This document shows, in pieces, positions 52,275-64,000 of a DNA stretch of 64,000 nucleotides. Origin of the DNA: Azolla caroliniana (taxonomy: Eukaryota; Plantae; Polypodiophyta); the NCBI GenBank assembly GCA_043228905.1, contig JBHGNT010000007.1, positions 3,224,001 to 3,288,000 on the forward strand, read 5' to 3'. The notes under the pieces are model-generated. The model was not told the origin of the DNA. It did not search any database and saw only the letters and a list, made by a program, of their open reading frames with translations. The stretch's first letter is position 1. Every line of letters starts with the position of its first letter. Both the position numbers and the translations under genes were made by a program.

Positions 52275-53095
52275 TATAATGGAATCAAAGGTTAAGTGCA
52301 TGGGCCGAGAAAAGTGGTAAGAGAGCTTATGGCCAAGCTGGCTTTCAGAAAACACCATAGCACCATTGATCGATCGCCTTTTGTCACCCATCGAGTGTTA
52401 AATGGGAGCAAAATGGTTGAGACATGAGGGGTTTTATATTGTTGCTTCGTATACTTCAAAGCAAACTTTTGATACGATGGAATCAAAGGTTAAGTGCATT
52501 GGGCCGAGAAAAGTGGTAAGAGAGCTTATGGACAAGTTGGCTTTCAGAAAACACCATAACACCATTGATCACTCGCCTTTTTGTTACCCTTCGAGTGTTA
52601 AATGGAAGAAAATTGCTTGAGACATGAGGGGTTTTTATATTGTTGTTTCATATACTTCAAAGCAAGCTGTTGATATAGTATCTCGTGAGCATCTTTGGAA
52701 GCGCATGGAAAGACTCAGAGTTCCAAGTGAAATATATGTTTGTAGTTGCCCAAATCCACGAGAAGGTACATTTGTGTGCGTATAAGCGAAGAAATCTCGT
52801 ATTTTTTTTCAATTGCACTATTAGCATTAACCAATGATGTTCCTCCCCCCCAACCCCCCACTCTAACCAACTCTATTTGGTCTATTCGTCGATGAATTAT
52901 AACAAAAGATTGCCAAGTTTGTAAAAGAAGTTGTCATTGGGAATATAGTAATCATGCCTTTGTTATATGCATATGATTTGATACTTTTTGCAAACACTTA
53001 AGGAGATGTGCAAAGCTTATGAGGGCTTTAGAAGAGTTGTATGTCAATAGCTTTAAAATTATGTTTGCGAAGAGCCAAAATAAGGGAAAGCTTTT
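52275..53095 (+). mobile_element. Degenerate non-LTR (RTE-like) retrotransposon RT fragment with an internal ~200-bp duplication
   Basis: Translates as WAEKSGKRAYGQAGFRKHHSTID, (D)FKQAVDIVSREHLW, GxxQGCP-like/PTLFGLFVDE and LLYAYDLILFA (degenerate YADD). The block AATGGAATCAAAGGTTAAGTGCAT... is duplicated. Confidence 0.7.
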
Positions 53096-53141
53096 TAATA
53101 TCTTGCCCTTGAGGTTCCTCCAAATCAATGAAATGAATTTG

Positions 53142-56100
53142 CTAACTCAGGTTGGGTTGGGTAATTGTGAGGTAGATGATGCTTCTGACTAGTTGACGAT
53201 AGTGCGATGGCTCACACTCTCTAGTGCCCGAGTCGGCATCTAGCTTTAGGTTTCGATCGAGAGGAGTAGTGACGGGCTTACACGGTGTCATCCCAAACTT
53301 GAAAAGAAGATTGAGAATATAGTGCTTTTGAGAAAGCATGATACCGTCACGAGTTCGAATTACTTCTATGCCTAGAAAGTAATGAAGCTCCTTCATGTCT
53401 TTCATTTCGAATCAGCTAGAGAGGAGCTTCTTGATGTGCTCTATATCTGCTAAATCTTCTCCTCGTATGACCAAGTCATCCACATAAATGATGGTAAATA
53501 TCGGTCCTCTGGAGTCTCTCTAGATGAACAAAGAATTGTCAGATTTGGACATGGTGAAGCGGAATTGATGAAGATATTGCGTTATTTTCGAGTGCCATGC
53601 TCTCGGTGCTTGCTTGAGACTGTAGAGAGGCTTTTTGAGTCGGCAGACAACAGTCGGATGCGTAGTCGACCCGAATCCAGGTGGTTGTATCATGTACACC
53701 TGTTCTTCTAACTCACCTTGGAGAAAGGCATTATTTACGTCCATTTGGTGGAGGTGCCACCCTTTTGCCGTTGCAAGCGCGATCACGGTTCAAACTATAG
53801 TCATCTTTGTTGTCGGGGCAAAGGTCTCTTCGTAGTCGACATCGTGCGTTTGTGCATAGCCTTTCGCCACAACTTGGGCCTTGTACCGATTGACAGTGTT
53901 GTCGGCATTGTGCTTCACTTTGAAGATCCATCGACATCCAATTGCCTTTCGGTGGTTTGAAGAAGGGATGAGATCCCATGTCTCGTTCTTGGAGAGTGCT
54001 TGCATCTCCTCATTCATCGCTTCGACCCATCTAGAGTCCTTCGTGGCTTCGGAAAAGGTTTCTGGTTCTTAGATTGTTGCCACCTTCATCATGAATGCAT
54101 AAGGATATGCCATGTAGTCGTTGTAGCCGAATCTGTTGACTGTGTTCTTTTCTCGGGTGGATCAACATGGTTCTCCTAGTGTCCTCATGATGGGCACATC
54201 CAATCTACCAAACTCACTGTCGGGTAAGTGAGTCGATTCATTTTCATCTGACTCTTCGTACTCAGGCATTTTGGCCTTTCCTCTGATGTGGACCTCAGTT
54301 GATCATTCTCCTCCACATCTATGTTGAACTCGTTTTTGACTGTGCCGGATGGGGCTGATTCAACTATATGTGACTCGTCAAATACTACATCCATACTCAC
54401 TCGTACCTTCTTGGTGGAAGGGTTGAAGCACTTATACCCTTTTTGCTTGAGTGAGTACCCTACAACCATACATTTCTCCAACTTGGGATCGAGCTTCTGC
54501 CGCTTCTTGTCGGGAATATGTACATATGCAACTGAACCGAATATCCTGACGTGGGATAGATCCGGTTTCTTCCCAATCTAAATTTTCGCAGGGGGTAACA
54601 TTGTGCACTCCTGATGTTTTAAAAAAAGAGAGGGAAAATGCACCTTAGTATATTACTTGAAAAGTTTTACATAGAAAAACAGAAGGAGACATTTCATCTC
54701 ACTTCTTTTTGTAAGATACAAAAGCTAGTACATTTGATCAAACAAATGATGCCATATATGAACAAGTAGAACAATACTTACTATCCACTATCCAACATAA
54801 AAGAAGGTATGCCATAATTCCACTTTGGACCAACAATTGTCTCTGAAAATAACTGGAGTCCTTGCCATCGGTTCTTAAAGGTCACTTGTCGTTGCCACAA
54901 AACATCATCCGAACCCTGCAGATCATCATATTGATCATGTAGTGTGTGAACAAACAACATCCAGAATTCAATAAGCATAGTGTTGAGTTGTATGTGGGCA
55001 TTGTTAAAAATAGAATCACATCTCGCTTTCCATATTATCCAAAGAGCCAATCACGTAATAAAACCGTGGAATAGAAGAAGGAAACGAGGTGAGAGAGAGG
55101 TGTCCATAAGAAAAAAGAAAAACATGAGAATAATGAACACTCCTGATGTTGTGCAACGATTCATTAGATAAACGACTGCATTCCCCGCTTCAGCAGATGT
55201 TTCTCGTTCATCATTGCCCTTGCCACCTTGAGTGTGTGCCGATTCTTGTGTTTGGCTACTCCATTCTACTGAGGTGTGTGTCAGCAAGCAAACTCCCGCC
55301 GGATTCGTTCTTGTCGAAGGTATGTTGTAAAGGTGTCGGAGAAGTACTCTTTGCCGTCGTCCGATCGAAGGCATCTGACATGCTGACCGGTTGCCTTTTT
55401 CACTTCATTTTTGACCCTTTTGAAAGTGTTTGAACATTTCGCTCTTTTACCGCATAGGGTAGATCCAGGTATATCTGGAGAAGTCGTTGATGAATGTTAC
55501 GTAGTATCGGCAACCACCGAATGTTGTCGTCTGGGTTGGTCCCCATACATATGAATGTATTACATCCAAGATCCCTTTGCTTATGTTCCTCTCCTTTGGG
55601 AATGGTTAACGGTGCTGTTTGCCGAATTGACAAGCTTCGCACACGCCTGCTCTCTCCTTTTCGGTAAAAGTCAGACGTCCGAAGATGACGCCTTTCGTCT
55701 GCATTCCGTTGAGCTTTTGGAGATTAATGTGACCAATTCACTTGTGCCACAACTCTTTGTCAGCGTTGGCTCTCTGGCCCTTGACATACATTGCCGAGTT
55801 CATCTCGTGAGAGTCGAGAATGAACATCCGACCTTCTCTCCAACCACGACCGATGAGTCGGCCTTCTTTTTCGATGAAGCATCCTCCATCGTTGAAGCGT
55901 ACTTGCATGCCTTGTTCGACTATCAATTGAGACCAAGTTCTTTGTTATTGTAGGAACATGCAAAACGTTCTTGATATAGGTTTGATTGTCTTCTTCCCCG
56001 AATGGGACATTGCCGATATGTTGAATGGGGTGAATTGTGTCATTCCCAATTTCCACATAGCCGGGTCGTTCGGGCTTTCGTAGCTCCTTGCACCAATCCT

Positions 56101-57338
56101 CGTGGGATGTCATGTGGTTGGATGCACATGAATCGACAAACCATACATCTTCTGGTTTGGAGGTGTTGGTCAGGTTGGAGGATGTCATCGAGTTCACTCT
56201 GTGCCTCATCAAAAACATTCCGTCACGATTATCGTAGTCAGAGTTGGAGGCGTAGTTTGTGAGTTGGCTTCTAGAGGCCGACTCACTCTTCTTTTTCTGA
56301 CACTCTGCCTCATAGTGGCCAAATTTACCAGAATATCCACACTAAGCAAGATTGTTTTGTCGGCTGGGTCCGGCTTGATTGCTCCCCTTTCTTCCAGATG
56401 CTCCGCCTCGCGCGTTCGACACGTCCTATCGGTAATAGAAGTTATGTTCTCGGGGTTGCTCTTGGTTGTGTCGGCCTTGACCAAATTGGCCTCTTCTTCC
56501 CCAACCTTGTCCTCTTCCTCCTTCAAAGTTCGAATAGAGCATATGTCCTTCTTGCCCATTGCTTCTTGTTTGAACATGATTCTCCTCGACCAACAACATC
56601 AACTGGAGATCAAAGGAGGGAGGATTCTCCCTTGCGAGGATTGTCGACCGAATGGCTCCAAACCGAGGTGCTAAGCCTCGTTGGTAAATCTGCACCATTT
56701 CATCATCGTCAATGCTAACATTGATCGACCGTAGGGCATCACACAACTCCTTGATCTTCAAGGTGTAGCTGTCGATTGACATATCCCTTTGTTGTATGCC
56801 GTTCAACTCTTGACGGAGTTGAAGCTTTCTTGTGGTCGTGTTGGCTGCGAAGATCTTTGTGAGGTTCCCCCACGCCTCCTTCGGCATTTTAGCCTCTCAA
56901 ATGTAGCCAAGCATGTGATCATGGACACATGATGCAAGGCAATACAACACACGACTCACTGCTTGCTCCCAAACTGGGTAGTCGGCATGTGTTGGGTTGG
57001 GTTGATTCTCGTTTCCCCCTTCGACATAACTCCAATAGCCTTGGCCGACAAAGTATTGGTGCATCTTGTACTCCCAAGATGCAAAGTTGTTTATGTCGAG
57101 CTTTACGGTACGGAGACCACTTCCCATCTGTTTGTTCATGTCAATCTTTTTCTTCTTCTTCTTTGATGTGAACTGTGCAGATTGTTGCTCAAGCTATTAG
57201 TTGATTATTGCCGAACGCGGAATCGGGCACAACACACGTAGGGGCGATGGGCTTCAATCAAGCAACCACACGCTCTAATAACATGTAAAGAATCAGATGG
57301 ATTCTATGCAACGGAAGAACTATGTGTGTGTGTGTGTG

Positions 57339-57393
<55 letters not shown>

Positions 57394-57580
57394 CTCATGA
57401 TTATAGAAAATGTATTACAAAAGAAGCAAGAGTAACCAACAACATTACAAAGAGGAGGAGAAGGTGCCTATGTAGTCGCCTTCTCTCTAGATTCTCTCAC
57501 TAGAGTCGCCTCTTGGGAAGAGGTCGAGTCTTAACTACTTAAAGAATATGTGTCATAGAACATTAAGTTCTATGACACAC
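53142..57580 (-). mobile_element. Ty1/copia retrotransposon, degenerate (gag, protease, integrase, RT) with 5' LTR and degenerate Met PBS
   Basis: gag VKLDINNFASWEYKMHQY and KLQLRQELNGIQQ; protease WFVDSCASNHMT; integrase; RT IGCRWIFKVK...YKAQVVAKGYAQ, LHQMDVNNAFLQG, LKQAPRAW, YFLGIEV. PBS-like TGTTATTAGAGC (57283-57272) directly follows an LTR end ...TTACA at 57284. Confidence 0.92.
54619..55137 (-). mobile_element. 5'-truncated L1-type LINE 3' fragment inserted into the copia integrase
   Basis: ORF with ALWIIWKARCDSIFN (L1 ORF2 C-terminal W..W..R....F motif). Flanked by a 13-bp duplication CACTCCTGATGTT (54606-54618, 55138-55150). Excision restores copia NRCTTSGVHNVTP. Confidence 0.85.
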
Positions 57581-57584
57581 TAGT

Positions 57585-59523
57585 TGTTGAATACTGGTCT
57601 ATAATGGTTGTACATTGTATCTTTGACCAACTAGATTTAGTACAATTCTGTAAATATGTCAAAGGGCAGTTGCCCTAGCTCATTTAATATATAATGGGCT
57701 TTGTAATCTAGTTGTTAAGTTGTTGTCATTATTGAGAGAGCTTGAATAATACAATTTGTTGTGTCCCTTCTCGTTTCCCTCTCTCTCTCATTCTGATTTC
57801 TGATCTTGCCTTCATCTTGTGCTATGATACAAAATGTTGTAGACTTAGACCATCAATGTAGATATATCAACATTTCTTGTTGAAGAAGATCACCGATTTA
57901 TAATCTTTGGATGAAAGAATTTGACTCGGTCCAGGCAAATCTGAATGAGTACGAAAGCTTAAGCTCCCAAATTGTGGCTCAGGGGACGACGATCGAAGTT
58001 GAACTGAGAGCAATGCAGCTCATGAGTAGTCTCCCCCGTTCGTGGGAAACTTTCGTCACTACTGTGTGCAACACGTCGACTGCTATCGTGAAATACTCGT
58101 CAATCACTAGTGCAATTTTGACTGAAGCAACTAGGAGGAAATCATTTACAAGAGACTTGACAGATGAAGCCTATGTAGTACAAGGTTCGACCGACCGATC
58201 GAACAATCGAGGAAGAAGTTCCTCTCGATAGTCGAACAACCAGCGAAGTCAGAGCAAATCTCGGGATAATCGAGTCTGCAATTATTGCAAGAAACCCGAA
58301 CACATCAAAGTGGATTGTCGCGCACTCAAAGCCAAAAATGACAAAGCTCAACGAGCGGATCAGAAGAGTGGCCAACATGAGGAGGTCAATTACGTCAGCT
58401 CTTCAGACGAAGTATTACCGAGCGACCCGAACATACTATCCATTGAGAATCCAGTTGAATCCGAAGTTTTGCTTACGATTGAGGAATCAAGCACATGGCT
58501 CTTGGATTCAGGCGCTTCATATCATGGACCCCTCATCGATTCCAATTTCAACAATACTCAGTCCGACATTCCGACTTAGTTCGAGTCGGAAATTTGCAAC
58601 ACTGCACCATAATCGGCATCGGTACTTTAGAGCTTAACATTCTGAGTGGCTCTTAGATTAGTACTACAAAAAGTTCGACACGTACCTGAGCTCTCAAGAC
58701 CTTTGATCTCAGTCGGACACTCCATAGGGGGAACCTCCTACTTGCTCAAGGACCAAAAGTACATTCCTTGTACCCGTTATACGTCACACTCCGAGAGGGT
58801 GACTTGTTCCTAGTTGATATCTGGGCCGTGTCATCTCTATGGCATGGATGACTCAGACATCTCAGCAAGGCCAGCATAACACATTTATCTAGAGCCTGAT
58901 ACATCCCTAAACTCTCCTTCTCCGATCATCAATTCTGTGAGCATTGCCAATACGACAAACAGATAGCTATATCACTCCCAACATCAACACCAAGAGAATC
59001 GAGTCCACTCAATTTGGTCCACTCGGACCTCTGTGATCCTATGCCACATCAGTCTCTTGGCGGTGCTTTGTATTTTGTCAACTTTATTGATGACTCAACT
59101 CGGAAGGTGTGGGCTTATTCGATCAAAATTAAAGATCAAGTGTTCTTGATCTTTTCCAATTGGCTCGATATGGTAGAGAACCAGAACGGTCAAAAGCTGA
59201 AATGCCTTTGAATTGACAACGAAGGAGAGTTCAAATATGAAAAGTTCGTCAAATTTTGTTGACAACATGACATTCAACATGAATATACGACACCCTATAG
59301 TCCGGAGCAGAATGGAATTGCCGAGCGAATGAATCAGACAATTCAAGAAAGGATAGTTTCCATGCTCCAACACTCCGGACTATCGGATGGCTTATGGGCA
59401 GAGGCCCTCCTTACAAAATTACACATAATCAATATGTCTCCAAGTAGGCATCTAGGAATTCGAATACCTCAGGAATTATGGATCGACAATAAGCTAAATT
59501 GCGACAAACTGAGGATTTTCGTG
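57585..59523 (+). mobile_element. Ty1/copia fragment (LTR-like TGTTG...CAACA 57585-57872, gag with CCHC knuckle, protease, integrase)
   Basis: LMSSLPRSWETFV, CNYCKKPEHIKVDC, WLLDSGASYH, VHSDLCDPM...YFVNFIDDSTRKVW, TPYSPEQNGIAERMNQT. Confidence 0.88.
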
Positions 59524-60689
59524 TGTGGAATGGGGCTCGGCCACAACTAAATCTTAAACACTCAATGTAAGAAAGAAAGAAATGAAAATAAGACTAATGC
59601 ACTTACACAGAATGAGACGACACCAGATGTTAACGTGGAAAACCCTAAATGGGGAAAAACCACGGGAGCCCACAGACTCCAACTATCACTATAAGAAGAG
59701 GATACCAAGCCAGACTCGGAGGCAATGACCTCGAGCTCTACGTCTTCGCCAACCGACGGTTACAATAGAAAAGCCTTTTGTATCTCTCTCTCTCTAACTT
59801 TTACAACAGTCATAACAACAACTACTACAATTACTACAAAGTGGTTGCCCTAAGTCATATTTATACTTATATGACTTTAGGACTATTTACAAATATGGCC
59901 ATGATAGGCCCTCTAGAAACATATTTACAGATATGTCCCTAGATCTGGTTCACACCGGATATCTTCCGGATATGTTTGATCCGGCTCCTTCCTTCGACTC
60001 GTCCGGTTCTCATCCAGATCCCATCCGGGGGGACCGAAGTCCCAACAAGATCCCCCTTCACTCCGGCATGGGGAGTCTTGTCAATCCGATCTGTCTCCTG
60101 CACAAGTCCAACTTGTCGGCTGACAACACCTTGGTCAACATGTCCAACCCTAGCTCTCCGATGAAGTCCTTCATCCATATTACCACTTTACCGGCTTCCA
60201 CGACCGCCATGTACGCGGCTTCCATTATTGATAGTGCAACGGATTTATGCAGCCTCGACTGCTACGATACGGCTCCCCCTGCATATGTCATGACATATCC
60301 GGAATTTGACCGGCTGGTATCTGCATCAACCAACATATCCGAATCCGTGAATCCTTCAAGCTGGGATTTTCTGGAGCCGAATCAGAGGCACATACTCGAG
60401 GTGCCTTTCAAGTATCGGAGTATCCACTTAATTGTGGTCCAGTGTTCTCTTCCCGGATTGCTCATGAACCGGCTAACCACTCCGACAACATATTCGATAT
60501 ACGGTCGGGTACACACCATTGCATACATCAAACTTCCGATGGTAGAGACATATGGTATCTTCATCATCTCTGACTTCTCTGCCTTCATCTTCAGACTTTG
60601 CTTTCTGGACAACTTGCAATTTGTCGGAAGTGTCGATCCGACCGGCTTCGTATCGGTCATGTTGAGCCGTTGGAGCACCTTCTCCATGT
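59524..60689 (-). mobile_element. 3' end of another Ty1/copia element (RT/RNase H, PPT, 3' LTR 59524-60047)
   Basis: IPYVSTIGSLMYAMVCTRP...WILRYLKGT and the RNase H region; purine-rich GAGTGAAGGGGGA before TGTTGGG (60047); LTR ends ...ATTCCACA (59524). It is truncated by the gypsy LTR at 60690. Confidence 0.85.
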
Positions 60690-63600
60690 TGTCGTGAAGA
60701 AAACCAGCCATAGGCGGAATCAGAGAAAAAGGCGCATGAACCGGCTCTTACATAGGTGGATGCGAGAATTGATATTTTGGACACAATTCATAATTAGGTC
60801 GGCTGATGTAAATACTAGGTAGTACATATTTATTAGAGGATTGGTGCGTATCTATGTCGAAAGGGACAAGGAATAAAGCGATTTGACTAGGGAAGGACGG
60901 TCTCCCCTCGACGAACTATTTAAGGAGGGAGAGAAGGAAGAAAGGGTATCGCGCGTTGGCGAGGACAAAGTGCTGCTGAACCGAGGGCCGAGCTCTCTCT
61001 CCTCCGATCGTCGTTCTCTGTAGGTGTCGGGAGTTCGCTGCCTCTGATTCGTGGACAACCCGTGTGCTTCCAGTAGAGGCTCTCCCCCTTTTTGTTTCTT
61101 TGAGTCGAGTGGCTGTCGTCTGTGTGCGTGAGTAGGACCTTGTGTTAGGTCCATTACCGGTTTGCCGGTTGTAACCGTTCGAGTTGTAAGCTACTGATTA
61201 TAGTAATCGGATTCCTGTTTCTTGCTCTTATTTTCTTTCTGTGTGTCTGCAACTCTCTCTCTCTCTCTTACTCTCTCCTTGGTCCAAGATCCCCGTGGTC
61301 CCGCCTCTTCCTACACGCACGCGCGAAACTTCGCGACATAATTGGTGAACCCGACGTGAACAAGTGACAAAGGAGTCGGAAGATGAGGGGATCAGAGCTA
61401 GCAGAGGCAATGGTGGTAGCCGTCGACCGGCTGGTGAGCGCTCGCGAGGGGACGGGTACCCTCGATAGAGCCATTGAATCGATCATCGGCAACATAGGCT
61501 GATTCGGAGGGAAGAATCCCACAAGTTATTTGGAGGCTTACCGGGCCGAAATGATCATGAGGGATATCCCGGTGGACAGGCGGCTGTCCGGATTCCCTCG
61601 GGTGGTGACGTCGAGCATCCACGCGGAGGTGCTCGAGGTGCTGGCTAGATGCCAGACTTGGGAGGAGTTCGAGCTGTAGCTCCTCGAGAAGTACGGGTTT
61701 GATGACTCGCTTCGGCTGTCGAGGCGGGACTTCATGGCGTGGGTGGAAAGCCCCGGAAAAAGGAGGGACACGTCGGCGCTCCTCTAGGAGTTCGAAAAAC
61801 GATTCACGTGACTGTCAACGTTGGACCGGACAGTGCTCAAAACGAGTCGAATACTTTTGTTTGTCAAGTCGGTGGACGCGCTCGACAGGGAAAAGGTGGG
61901 TCCCCTATTGGAGACGGACGAAGGGCTCACGACAGACTGCGCCGTGGTAAAACGGGTCTGCAGCCGTTTCGACAAATGACGCGAGTGGAGCGACGAAAGC
62001 TCGTCGGAGTCTGGACCGGTCCAGGCGAGGAGGCTCGAGGAGCCGGTATCGGTGCCAGCCGGTAGGAAGGAAGAGACCCGAATTTGGCTGGAGTCGGGGT
62101 CAGCATCGAACGACGTGGTCAAAGGCCCATCCGGAGGAGCGGCTCTGGAGGAGCTGACACAGATGGTGCGTGACCTGCAGATCGCACAGGCCCGGAGAGA
62201 CAACGGCGAACAACCTTGCGACCGGAGGCCGCCGGCTGGGCAGCGGTGCATGTGGTGTGACGCGATCGGTCACATTCGGAAGGATTGCGCGGATTTCGCC
62301 GACGCACTCAGGACCAACGTGGTGTACCTCTGGAACGGGCGGGTGCATGCGAGCGAGACCCGGAGAGCCCTAGAACTGAATACGGGGCGCGGCGGAATGA
62401 AGAGGTTGATGGAAGAGGGCGCAGCACGGCATGTAGAAGCCGTTAACTACTCAGTGTCGGCGGGAATTCAGGTCGGGGGTGATGAGACCCGGAAGGCTAA
62501 GGACTCCGGATTTTGGCCGCTAGTGCTAGAAGTCCTCTCCGGAGTTCGGCTAAAGAAGGAAGAGGCGGACCGCGCGGAACAACAGGTCCAGGAGGTCACT
62601 GGATGGGACGATCCGGTTGAAGAGAAAACGGGCTTCGTAGAAGCCGCTTGCCAGAACTACGAGGTTCTGGTAGAAGACAAACGAGCAGGAAAGGTTGGAG
62701 GGGTCAGTCCCCCGCAAAGGTACAAGACCCGGTTCAGACCGAAATAGACCGGTGCCGGCAACCCAGGCGCGCCGAATGGGAAGAAGCAGGCAGGGTTTCG
62801 GTTGAGCACCGAAATCGAGAGAGCAACGGGCCTACGGAAGGTCCTTGAAGAGCGGATCCTTGACGGTAAAGTGGAGTTGTCGTTGCGGGAGGTGCTGGGA
62901 ATCGCCAAGAGGGAGTTCCACGACTCCATCGTAGACTTGGTGAAGCGGAATAGGCTCTCGACGGAGCCGGAACCGGAGAAGTCGGTGGAGGTGCGGACTA
63001 CGCACTTAGAAGACACGACCGTAGAAGATGAGTTGGCGGAAAGCCACTACGCGAAGCCGCATTGGGCCAGGGCAACTACGGAAACCCCTGTGCGGATTGG
63101 CGACGTTCTGGAACCGGTGGTGGCCTTGGTAGACCATGGATCCGAAATCAACTTGATGTCCATGGATTTCTACAAGAAGGGTAAATGGCCGATCAACACC
63201 AAGCATGGGTGGAAGATACGCGCGACGACGCGTGCTACGGAGGAGCTGGATGGTGCGTGCCCGAATGTACTCGTAAAGATCGGTGACGTCGAATAGATCA
63301 ACATTTCTTCGTGCAGGAAACATCCTCGCACCCGGTGATTCTCGGCGAACCGTACATTACGGCAGCACGCATGGAGACGAAGGTGTTGGACAATGGTTCG
63401 GCGTACGCGCGCGTTAAGAGCCAAGATGGTATGCATTTCGTCCAGTTCATGACGGAACGTCCGAACCATGAGAGGAATCGCGAGACCCTCGGTAGCGACA
63501 GCCAAGGGGATTTTTAGAGAGGGATATCAAGGCATGGGGCCGCGGTAATCCGGATGTACCGGAAGAACCCCACACATGTACAGTAGGTAGGAAGTTTTGG

Positions 63601-64000
63601 TTCTCTGAAAACGGAGGTTGTACTATAGCCAGCGTCAGCGGCCGGGAGAGGAAGCGAGCGGAGGAGCAGCTCAAGGGATGCGGAGTCCTCTCCCCGGACG
63701 AAGAAATCAGCGGCGCCGTGGAGGCGGTCTCTTTTGACGACACCTTGGGCGAGTTGCGAAAGGTGATCAGTGAAGACCTTAGAGAAGATCGGACCGTTTC
63801 GGTTAGTTCGATGGGAATGTACGAAGTCATCGCGGACTTTGGGGAAAGGATCGGGTCGGATCGGACAGCCCGTGTGGATACAAAGTACAAGACTGTGGAC
63901 CGGAAGGTGAGGCCAGTCGTGGCACCCTTGCCGGAGGGCAGCGAGGAGCGGATAAAAGGGGTCGCGACAGACCCAAGTTTACGGAATCCAGCTGGCATAG
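60690..64000 (+). mobile_element. Ty3/gypsy retrotransposon 5' part (LTR 60690-61338, PBS, gag with CCHC knuckle, protease, start of pol); same family as 1-4970
   Basis: LTR TGTCGTGAAGA...TTCGCGACA; gag CMWCDAIGHIRKDC; protease VALVDHGSEINLMS. The peptides are highly similar to the minus-strand ORFs at 3865-4740 and 2906-3523. Several nonsense mutations are present. Confidence 0.95.
61343..61360 (+). promoter_or_regulatory. Primer-binding site complementary to the 3' end of tRNA-Trp
   Basis: TGGTGAACCCGACGTGAA lies 4 nt after the LTR end. It is the reverse complement of ...TTCACGTCGGGTTCA-CCA, the plant cytosolic tRNA-Trp(CCA) 3' end as I recall it. Confidence 0.8.

Noticed and set aside
62740-62750. 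TAG at the end of gag as a possible readthrough site
   Set aside because: The left-hand copy has AAG at the equivalent codon and an open frame, so this is a nonsense mutation.

Overview
Eukaryotic, land-plant genomic DNA. The intron style, (GA)n/(CA)n microsatellites and retroelement types suggest a seed-free plant such as a fern; this is inference only. A gene island at ~14.8-51.5 kb sits between two nests of decayed retrotransposons. The island holds five spliced genes: (1) a class-I-like KNOX gene with KNOX1/KNOX2 (MEINOX) motifs but apparently no ELK or homeodomain (+); (2) vacuolar processing enzyme/legumain (-); (3) cystathionine beta-lyase (-); (4) a GDT1/UPF0016 (TMEM165-like) Ca2+/Mn2+ transporter made of short exons that the ORF track misses (+); (5) Tudor-SN (-). 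The left end (1-8.2 kb) and right end (52.3-64 kb) contain nested Ty3/gypsy, Ty1/copia and LINE fragments. Best leads: the homeodomain-less KNOX; a gypsy family that combines a tRNA-Trp primer-binding site, a 4-bp TSD and a conserved -1 frameshift placed after the protease; and a ~200-bp repeat with two inward-facing tRNA-like Pol III heads, present twice and both times in GA-repeat sequence. All exon boundaries were read by eye and no database searches were run.
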